A DNA stretch of 64,000 bases from Styela clava. Lineage: Eukaryota. Of this stretch, positions 53,571 to 64,000 are shown one piece after another. Location: NCBI RefSeq assembly GCF_964204865.1, contig NC_135250.1, positions 25,358,001 to 25,422,000 of the forward strand. Reading direction: 5' to 3'. The notes under the pieces were generated by a model that saw only the letters and a list, made by a program, of their open reading frames with translations, was not told the origin of the DNA and did no database searches. Each line of letters starts with the position of its first letter. The stretch's first letter is position 1. The position numbers and the translations under genes are program-made.

Positions 53571-55655
53571 ATGAACTATAGGTTGATTTCGGCAATATTT
53601 TCCTTGATCATCAGTACAAGTATTTCAGCTCAAGGTAAGTAAATAATCATAACTAAAACATTTATTTGTGCATAGTTTATACAATCTGATTAGGAATAGG
53701 ATTTGCATTGTTCGGAAAAATACAATTTTGTTTTGTCCACACTATCACTAAAAGTTTTCTTTTGAAAGAATGAACACAATATATATATTTGATCAATTTT
53801 CAAAGTGAATGAAGACATTACTCTCAACCTGTTAAAATTTAAATGTTAACCCATTATTTCCCGCCAATCTGAGCCAATTTTGACACCCCTTATTGACAAA
53901 TAGTTTTGTGATTATAATAACTTTTCGCCCAATATTAAAAAATGATAACAGTGACAAATAATTCGTCTTAAGATGCCTGGAAAAACGAATGTGTTGATGG
54001 GTTAGAACTGCTTTTCTTCAAACAGCGTAGAACTTACATGGATGCAAAATCTTCCTGTGAAGGAATGGGAAGTTACTTGGCTAAAGTTGATACTGAAAGA
54101 ATGACGGCAGTCATTAATTCAACATTCGGGTGAGCAAGGAAAAATCCACTTTTTTATTATGGGTTATTTCTTATTCAGTATACATAATGAAAAATGTGCA
54201 GTTAAGGCGAAAGGTGCCAGCGTAGCTACTTTTTTAACATTTTAAGATCTTGCATCAAGATTCATAGTATTATTTATATGATATTCTGGACAGTTTTGCA
54301 ATTTCAAATAATTTAAGTACTTCAATTACCTGACAAAAATTTCAGCGTTTACAAAATTTGCAATATTCGAAAAACTTGCAACTTTCGAAAAATTGCAGGT
54401 TGTCTTAAATTATTTTTTACATGCATTAAATTCTTATAACAAGAGAGCAGTACTTAAATATATGGACACATGAGGAAAAAAATGGGAAATGGATCATATC
54501 TTTTACCGGTAATATTGTTTTCCCAACTACGGTTGACCACCGCAACGCAACGGTCGTAAACGTGGACCCGCCATGAGATGATCAGACAAAAAATTATAGT
54601 AAAAAATTAATCACATGATGTCCACTGCAACCTTCGAAATAAATAAAAGTAATAAATAGAGACAACAGCCATATTCAAAAAACTAATTTCAAAGTATTTG
54701 GTAAAGGAGTTGGGGAGAAAAGCAACTTTTTCACAGCTAGAAAAAAATAAAGGATACTAAAAACAACATCTTAACAACATAACATAAGAGAACTTCAAAA
54801 TATTCCAATTATTTTTCGAATGAATTCAATTTTCATAAAATTCACACTCATCATAACTTTTTGTTACTAAATTGTGGTATTTTCTCCTTATTATATACTA
54901 AATAACATATAAAATATATTTTGGTCTTAGCGAGTCAGTGGTTGCCTCCTTCTCAATTTAAATTGAGGAGCATAATCCTGTCTTTACATTGAAAAAACTA
55001 TTTATATATTCTTAGCATACAAAAGAAGGAAAACTCTTTTTATATTGGTGGGAACGACGTAGCTAACAAGGGAGATTGGAAATGGCAAGATGGTATTGAT
55101 GTGATCATGAGAGGAGAAGCAGGATATCAAAACTGGTTTGTTTGTTACTATGCCCTCAAAAATTGGAAGAAATTAGGGTGTTATATTCGCAGCGTAAATT
55201 ATTCTCCAAAGCTCATAGGCGTGTAGTTTTTATTATCATTTGTGTCAGTAACTTGTTGTAAGTCGTAGACACAAGCAATTGAGTAACTATGCCGAGCTAA
55301 AACATATTGTAATCTTCTCATACTCAGTATCTGCATCGTTACCTGTTAAGTGAATAACTATTCACCAATTACATTTGATTGAAATTTATACGAAGCACTC
55401 GATCTAAAGAATATTGTTTAAATTGTTTTTTTTTTCGAACTAGCTTGATTTTTAGATTTAATAATCGCGACTTCTGAATTTACCAGGAAATGGATTCAAC
55501 CAAACGGCGAGACATCAGCTAACAAAGCTGTTGAAGACTGTTTGTCAGTTGGAAGAGAAACGTACCAGTGGGTTGATGTATCTTGTAATGGAAAATTATA
55601 CTACATTTGCCAGAAAGTTAAGAATAATTTTTCATGTTCGTTCCAGCTCAATTAA
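53571..55655 (+). CDS. Possible secreted single-domain C-type lectin (169 aa) from copy D by read-through of the dead exon-4 donor
   Basis: Four intact exons (64+157+120+169 nt = 510 nt): signal peptide plus complete CTLD ending ..YICQKVKNNFSCSFQLN*. Confidence 0.45.
54438..54790 (+). mobile_element. AACAAGAGAGC..ATATATGGACAC family element (degenerate) in intron 2 of copy D
   Basis: 5' AACAAGAGAGCAGTACTTAAATATATGGACAC and an (AAC)-rich 3' part; the end is approximate. Confidence 0.5.
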
Positions 55656-58600
55656 GCGAAGATACTCATTAAATCGTCGTGAGGTGATACTCAATGGTAA
55701 ATCTCTTAGAACAAATCCTAATCTTTTGTGATTTGTTCTCTTACTGGTATTTTCTACGATTTACGATGATAGGTCGGTCTTCGGGCTTATAGTTTTTAGT
55801 TCATCGCAGATTGCATCAAAAGAAGTAGACCGGTAGACCTGGTTGCTAGTAAAATATAAATATATGCAAATAGGCAACTGTGTAGGAATATATATCAAGG
55901 CAGGTAGTCATTTTAGGAGTATTCTAGAAAGGAAGGAGGAATGTAACTGACTAAGACTTTATTCTACTATTTTATATCCAATTCCAAGGCCCTTCCACTG
56001 AAATACTAAGCATCAACGAAAACCCGAGAATGTGTACACCAACAAACTGCAGCACAGCGACACAAATTGAACGGTACAAATCATCTAACAAAGTATCAAC
56101 CGCAACTACAAGTAAAGTTTATCAAACGATACAAAATGGATCAGCAACATTGAATCTTCAAAACGCAAATATTGCAGATGCGGGATCCTATAGTTGTCGT
56201 TTTCTAATTGGCAAAACCGAGAAAAATACAACTGAAACATATGGAGGTGAATGTAAATAACGATATCTGCCTAATTTTTAATCTCTTTCCTGTTTGCGCT
56301 AATTTTTTGGTATTTGATTTTCCAGTGGCTGGTAATCCCACAATTCATCAAATATCCAATAACGTCTGCAACTCTAACTTGATCATCTCATGGCAACCAC
56401 ATACAAATGCTGTTGGATTTCCGCACAAGTGAGATTATTTTTATGAATATTTAGGCATAATTTACAAAATCTTGTTTATGTGTCATCTTTTACTTTAAAC
56501 GAGCCTGTCTATTCAAGCCGCTTTGTAGCATGTCATAATATGACAATGCTGAAGCGTCAAGTGTCAAATTTTTTCAAGTATATCAATGTCAACTTGGACT
56601 TGAGTATCAATGATGAGTTTATAATGATTTATATTGTTCAACGGTTCTGTTTTTTGTAGAATTGAAGTAAGTCCGACCTCAGGGGGATCAACAAGATGGG
56701 TGGATTCACCAACATCTGAGAAACAGTCAACTACAATAACCAGTTTGTCGCCCACCACAACTTATCAAATCAAAGTAAGCAATAATGTTTCAATATTGTA
56801 AAGTGTAAACAGCCAGTTATTTTTTTCATTAGTTCGTGAGCTCTAATTAGAGCAGAAGATATTCTCTTTTCGGAATACGTTCAACATGCTCTCACTGACG
56901 ACTGTGTCCAACTTATATGGTGCTTTACTATAAAGTAAATATAATATTTTGTCAGATAACTGCATGTGTGGCAAAATATAAGTGTCCGAATAAATATTCT
57001 GCCAACCAAAGCGCAACAACAAGGGCAGGAGCAACCGTATATGCAGAATCGTCGTCTATTATACAGTACAAAAATACGCAAACTTGCGTCATCTCCTGGA
57101 TCTTTTCTAACAAGTCCGAGACTGGTGATTCATATATCGTGGTAAGTGAATATTTGCACTGTTGATACAAATTATTCAAATCGCTTTCACAACTTGGTGG
57201 ACGATGTATACATTGAACTTGCTGATTAGCCGCGTAATACGAAGTGAACAAAGGGTCATGAAGTTCACCTGATCACACCTTCATCCATTTTTCGTTACTC
57301 ACAATCGTAAATATGAATTAGCCCGATATACTGGCATATAGTGTTCAATAATACTTTATATTTGTATTCGAATCCGAAGTTTTGGTTTACGATACCTAAC
57401 ATTCTTATTTGTCATCAATTTTTGACGGCATTTATAGATCAAACATTTAGCAATCGAAACAATATTTTGAGTATTTCTCATGCAAATGTTTAACTGTTGA
57501 TTTATAGGAACTTAATCTAACCTCATCCCTGGCTTAATCACGAGATTCAAACTTGATGACAGACATAAAACAAATAAACGTGACGTCATCATCAATATTC
57601 CGTTTCGATAAAAATATTCGATTGTGCTGGATTTGATCAAACTGTAAGAGTTACTGGTACTTGTCTAGGAAATCCTTCAGGTATATGATTAAAGTTAAAT
57701 ATTAATAATTCATCTTAAGCATGTTTGTCACAACGCATTTGAGAAAACATTGTCTTATATTTTAGCTCCTGCAAAAGTTTTTCCGCCTGAAATTTTTGAA
57801 GATGTTCTAATCAGCGTATGTGGAATCAAGAAATTCGGAATACAAGCACCAGATGAGACCAATGGTCTTGTCAGGTAAGCTAGATGGAACAGAGTAGAAA
57901 ATGCTATAAAGGTAATTATTTATTAAACAATTAAGTACGTCAGTCTTTTTATAAACGACAGTAAAAAATAGGTTCATATTTTATTATGTATCAAAATATT
58001 GCGCATCTCTTCTACCAATATAATCACTCTGCTTAATAGACACCAAATTTCAGATTCATTCTGATTATTATATTGTCACAATTTCGACATCTTCAGCAGA
58101 TATTCCACTTTTCCTATTATTGCTTAATTTATTTGTTTACAGTTGCATATTTGTACTCGTTCACAAAACTTTGAAGACATCTGATGACGTACTTTTTATG
58201 ACTGACATGATAAAACTTAACAATACAGTGGATAGAGATGAATATATTGCTAAAGCAATATCTGTGAAAAGGTTAAAAGTATTTTTTTTTTCGAATTCTA
58301 CATAGTTATTTGAGTTGACTATGTGATTTCATGTAAATGATATTTGTCCAATTGAGGTGATGGATGTTATATATTATGATATGAGATTTTGTTTAAAGGT
58401 CATACCGGAATATATCATCGGAACTAAATGAATTTGTCTCTTTTATGCTACGCATATTTACGCCGTTCGCTTGAAAATCACATTTTTATCCGTGTGAACT
58501 GCTATGCGTTATTAATAATCAATGCTTACAATATTTTGAATAGCATCGGTAATTCTGTATAACAGATCATTGTGTAATCGCCATTGAATATTTTAGCGAG

Positions 58601-59844
58601 CGAATGAATATTACACTCGGTAAAGAATCAATGACAACGTGTGATGTAATAAAGACTGGAGAGTCAGGAATACAAAAGGAACAATCTCCTGAATAAGAAA
58701 TTATATTTACGGGAAGAAATAAGAAACTAGATAAAGAGATATTCAGGTAGATATTTATAATCTATACTTCATCCAACACATGCTTCAATTGAAAGTTTTA
58801 GCATAAATACAATCAATACCTCTTAGTAAAGAAAAGATAAAGAAAGTAAAGATATTTCTTGACGCAAAATTAAATTTTTTACTTAATTTCTTTTTCAATA
58901 TATAAATGTACATAAGTATATATTCTTTAATATATACTTTATCATTTTGTCATATTGTATAAGATAACCTATCTTGCTTCAGCATCTCAATCGTTTATTC
59001 GACCCCATCTGGCGACCAAATATTTTTCAAACAAAGTCCTTAAATTATTCTGAACAGCGCTGCTATAGACGATGAGGGTAAGGAAGACTTTTCTATATTT
59101 CAGCCAAGTGTAATAGATAATTTTGGTCTAGGTCAATAGGTTGAGATAAAAAAAAGTTAGCTGGATCAGGTCATAAAAAAATATTGAGAATGTAAGCTGA
59201 ACGCGGTTTAGGTCAAAATATTGCGAGGGAATAGTTCTGAGAATTTTCCAGGAAAAGATAACTTGGCAAAACATTGGCTTGAAGATCAAGCGTTATTTTA
59301 TCGAAAGCATCTTTCGCTATTTTTGATGTTTTGGAAATAAAGATCATGCGATTATCTTTGAAGATTGTGATTTTTGTCCATTTTATCAATATTTATTGAA
59401 CCAAAAGCCCTTTAAGATCATTTGGAATTATTAGTAATATGGAATTATGAGGAAGATGTTAAAGCAAAAGAACACAATTACGAGACAATAAAAGAAAAAG
59501 GTACTTAGAATTAATGTTGATCAGAAAAGCATTATTCCCTGGATAAAATATTGTTCCTATATAACCAAATAGTTTTATGAGTATTCAAAAAACACATAAT
59601 AATTACTCATTTTTATCGCGATGGTGTCAATGGATTAAAATTCTTACACGTCGACTCAATTATTAATCTCCATCCACTTTCTCTGAAGCTGATATGAATA
59701 TACTAATACCATACGGCATGTGTTCTCATTTTCAATTAGGAAGAAACTTGACTCAAAGATAGCCACGTAGTAATTCGATGATATGTTCAAAATGCCCATC
59801 TTTCGTCGGCCATGGTTTTTCTCCTGATATAGATGTCTTAATCT

Positions 59845-60056
59845 GGTTCTCTCGAAGTTTGCGTACCAAGATGGCGGACACCGGAACGTAGTATGTGTAC
59901 CGCATGTGTAATTTTATTCCAATTTTCCATATTTTAGTTCTATTACGAGTTCGAGGACTAGCCAAGTGACTACCGTAGTATTTGTATCTAAAATTAAGGC
60001 TTAACTCTAACCTGTTACATATACTACGTTCCAGTGACCGCCATCTTGGTTCACAT
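59845..60056. mobile_element. Palindromic MITE (duplicate of 11592-11810)
   Basis: Same TIR pair. Confidence 0.7.
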
Positions 60057-60690
60057 ATATTAATATACATACCCTTTATCTTACAAATCGTTACTAGACA
60101 TTTTCAAATCACTTGGTTATTTAAGTGAGTATTTAGCGAAACCACGTGATACCTATTTTTATTGTTTATTGCATATTCACTCGCCTTTGTTATTTCGTTT
60201 TTATTTTATGTTATTTTTTATTATATCTGAGGGTGTTGTTAGCTCCATAGCTAAACAATCCGTCATTCGCAACTCATAATATTTATACATTTATCGTAAC
60301 AACTTCGTCAATTCGTGATTTTTTTGTGTAATAAATCCATTAATTCTGATTCTTAATATGAAAAATCATCATTCAATTCTGAACCTTCGCTGACGCTGCA
60401 AATATCCCTATTATGTAAATCATTCTCGTACTTTTACTGGAAAAGGCAAATGTGACTTATTACGTTGATGTTATTACCTTGGCTTATTACTTTACCTTAC
60501 TAGTGTGCCGCCAATATATGCAGAGTGTCCATAAAGTCCCTTTACAATTTTAATTTTGTTATGAAGCCAGTTTATATCTCAAGTATTTTTACTTCATTTA
60601 AGACATCTGTGAGGACCAAAATAAGGTGTAGCATCGATAAATTTCCTTTTGCAATTTTAAAAATGTTAAGACTTTATGGACACCCTACAT

Positions 60691-61235
60691 CAGGGGTCGG
60701 GAACCTTTTTGGTCAAGAGAGCCATAAAATATACATATTTTCAATTGCATTTCCGTGCGAGCCATATAACATTTCTTCAATTAATCAGACCTGAAATGTT
60801 TACTCGAAAGTCAACACATACAATGTCATTATACATTTAATGTGATTTCTGATGCTGCATGTAAGCGCTGCGGACCTTGAACGGTTGCTCACCTGCAGCC
60901 CAATGTGGAAATCTACGATACTCATCACCCTTTTTCGTTTAGACATCTCCGTAGTTTTTTTATAACTATATCGCTTTGTGATGTCACAATATATGTTCCG
61001 GAATCCCCTTGTTTGTCACAATGCCTGTCTAGTAAATATCTTACATAACATAGACATGTGCTGGGCGCGTGTATTGAAACGTATTGGGAATTTCCTGCCA
61101 AATTCGGCTATAAAAGAGTTTGGGATCTCGTAACAATAGTAAGCTTAGTCTTAGAATATTAGATTTTTCTGGGAGCCATATGCCGTCACCAAAAGAGCCA
61201 TATATGGCTCGCGAGCCATGGGTTCCCGACCCCTG
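60691..61235. mobile_element. hAT-type MITE (545 bp) inserted after the segmental duplication
   Basis: Perfect 15-bp TIRs CAGGGGTCGGGAACC / GGTTCCCGACCCCTG; TSD CCCTACAT / CCCTATAT; empty site CCCTATAT at 12403-12410. Confidence 0.93.
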
Positions 61236-64000
61236 CCCTATATAATGAGGCAAAAATCAAAACAATTTTCAAAGCCCCCAAGTTTATATATTTAAACAAA
61301 TATATAGCCTACATATACAAAAACTGTTTTATACATAATTGATTTTATAGTAATTATTATTTATTATTAGTTAACCTGCCTGCGGAATATACTAGCAATA
61401 TTCTTTATAGGCTATCTGGCTTTATCAACATTTTTAATAGTACTTTGCTTTACCACGCAAAGGCTATTATGGTGTTTTAATACGTCTATAGTCTCAACTT
61501 TTCAGTCAGTACTCTTTACGATGTAAATTGATGGCTCTGGTCTTTACTTCAAAATAAAAAAAAATGATAAGGTTTATATATTCTAAGCATATAAGGTGAT
61601 GAAAACACCATTCATATTAGTGAAACGACCTAGCTGGAGAGGGACATTGGAAATGGCAAGATGGTACTGATGTGATCATGATAAGTGAAGTTGGATAAAT
61701 ATATACCAACCAACCAAATTATTCTCTAAACAGTCAAAGTATATACGTACTGCATTTCTAATAATGAGGTAGATTTTAGCTTAAGATAGTTGATCCAATT
61801 GGTGACTAGTACTTAACAAGTAATCCAAAAGGAGGAATTCCCCTACGACAGACAATGGCATTATTGAAGTCTCGCTAGCTGTTGACTTTGCTACACTCTT
61901 GTGGATACTACACGACATGAAATGTATGAAAAAAAATTTGCGGAGCAAATTTTTTTTGTTCAATTTTTTTAAATATAGTTGGGGACCTAATCAGTTTTGA
62001 TATCTTACTTCACCTCTCATCATTTAAAATTTAAATTTATAAATACGAGAAAATTGTTTGCCGATCAATAATGGAATGTGTTCAACGTGCTCAATTCTAA
62101 CTTTCGTTCCGCCAATGATTAAGTTTTTTTTTTTTTTTGCTGAATTGCATTCTAGTCGGAACTGGTGTTGAGACGTGACAACGGTACTGCTGTACTGTCT
62201 TGTTTACGTTTTAACCTGTGGTGCAGTGCAAGCTTAGCGATCGCCGTTGTAGTACTTAGCAAGATAGGTAGTAATTCATTCCAAAAGCATAAAGGTAAAT
62301 TGTGGATAAGTACGCCGGACAATCGCCGAGTGCATAATGATACAATTCGCTGGCATTGAATGAATACCAATAAGGAGCCTACAGATGATGTAAAGATGAG
62401 AAGGACGTTAAGGCAGCATGACAGAATCGAAATATAATGAATCAGGTTTTATGAAGAAAAGTAATTGAAATTCAACTAACGCAGATAGGCCTACAGTAAA
62501 AGTTTTTATCGGTACTGCAAAATCTACTTATATATTGAATGACAACTCAAACAATATCTTTGGTATTATATATGCATAAACAGTTTTATGGTCCTACAAT
62601 TTGACCATGCCAATTCGCAACGTTTTCAACATTTTTTTAATGGCGTGTTATTGTTTTGTTCTGTGTGCATATCGTTTTAAGAATATCGGTATTGGCCTCA
62701 TCAATTACAGAGTTGGTGTGTTTCCTGTGAATTGCTTTTATGAGTGTCTGTGCACAGAATTTACCAACATAGCTTCGATTAAAGTTTGTATTTTGCTTCT
62801 TTAAACCAATGCCAAATCAATGAAGTTATTCGTGGCTTTCGACTATTCTCGTTAGTCGTTCCTTTATCGCATTGTATTTGTATCAGATTGTATAGATCAT
62901 TATCAGCTTAAGTATTTTAAAAGTAGCCTACAACAGCCTGAACGTTCAATACATTCGCGTATTTTTTGCGTGTTTATTTCTGGCCCATTCCTCGTTTAAC
63001 AAAGTTTGTGTTTTTTGTTAGTGACTTGATCAAGCTACCAAGAATTGGACCCGTCCCGCCATCTATATCATCGGAAATGAAAAGCTCAGTCTGATACCAG
63101 CATCAAATCTCAACGCTATCTCATCTATTACTATCAGGTGAAGCAACATTTATATAATATTTACAACGTTGCTAGTTATTTGCGTCAAATCGGAAATCAC
63201 TGTTATTCACGAAACCACAAGCTTCTTATGTCTTTTGGTTACTGCATGTCGAAACTGTACAAACAGTAGTGACACCTCGTAAAATGATTATAAGTTCACA
63301 CCCACAATTCATTGAGTCACTTTTGTACATAAGACATGCATTGCTAAACCAACTGTATTTAATCTGTATATACACATTTAATATTAGATGTCAATATCAT
63401 ATTGTTGAGCAATATAATGAACAAATATAAATTTAATACGAAGCAAAAATAACATATATTTTAGTTTCATAGAAGATAATGTGTGAGATTTTTAAGATTG
63501 TTGTGAAACGAGTTTGTCAAATATTGTTTATCTGTCATTTTTCCTTTTTCCACGTATATTTACAAAATTTGAAAGATCACATATAAAGCACATGAAGATT
63601 TTACACGACCCTGCTCAAATTTTGCTATATCACTTAAAACAGTTTTCATTTGGTTAACTTATAAAAAGCGAAATGCTTGTGCATGTCACATGTTTCCTGA
63701 TTGCAGTAGACAGTGAAAATATTTTCACATTTAAACGCACCAACACCTATACATCTGAATAAAGGAGATTTTTTAATATATCGAGACTTAATTTTCATAT
63801 AAACTTTTCTGAGAACGTTCTTGAGAAAAGTTTGAAATATGAAAGTTTTTACCCTTATTTAATTACACATGGCCAACTTTCAGAAAATTTGGAATAAGTA
63901 ACAAACTCAAATCTGCATTTGCGATCTTTTCAACTGCTTACTCTATTTATACTTCTTGAAAACGTATATGTCTCAGATACAAGTATTTCCAAGCACAATA

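Larger units (their letters stand above)
53571..59500 (+). pseudogene. Receptor copy D, long (B-type) architecture, inactivated downstream of the CTLD
   Basis: Exons 53571-53634, 53973-54129, 55016-55135, 55487-55617 (donor GT>TT), ~55989-56246 (conserved acceptor lost), 56326-56428, 56660-56774, 56956-57141, 57508-57680 (TAA 57535 plus deletion), 57766-57874, 58143-58271, 58597-58746 (TAA 58694), 58983-59077 (TAA 59041). TM helix deleted (remnant ~59445-59500); tail exon deleted. Confidence 0.87.
58069..64000 (+). repeat. Segmental duplication, copy 2 (partner 9231-15295), continues past the window end
   Basis: Collinear near-identity including shared MITEs and CTLD remnants. Confidence 0.92.

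Overview
AT-rich animal genomic DNA with many short GT-AG introns; gene content suggests an invertebrate chordate such as an ascidian (inference). The window is dominated by a tandem and inverted cluster of a diversified type-I membrane receptor family, reconstructed by hand across splice sites. Its architecture is signal peptide, C-type lectin domain (CTLD), Ig, 2x FN3, an optional RPTP-like membrane-proximal domain, TM, and a tyrosine-rich tail built from a variable number of 32-aa repeats. Three copies look intact: A (<1-5602, -), B (16305-25202, -, 766 aa) and C (41864-47057, -, 544 aa). Copy D (53571-59500, +) is dead downstream of the CTLD but could encode a secreted 169-aa lectin. There are also several fragments (9305-11252, 49301-49989, CTLD exon remnants). 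Paralogs differ most in the sugar-binding loop (EPN vs QPN, loop length), in domain number and in tail repeat number, and they look like recombination mosaics. The cluster also holds a 4-exon collectin-like gene (29015-31584) and an intronless pseudogene for an LRRC8/pannexin-type 4-TM channel that seems to carry death-fold domains instead of LRRs (~36680-38061). A ~6 kb segmental duplication (9231-15295 / 58069-64000) and many hAT-, mariner- and Helentron-like non-autonomous elements are present. All alignments were done by eye; no database searches were run.
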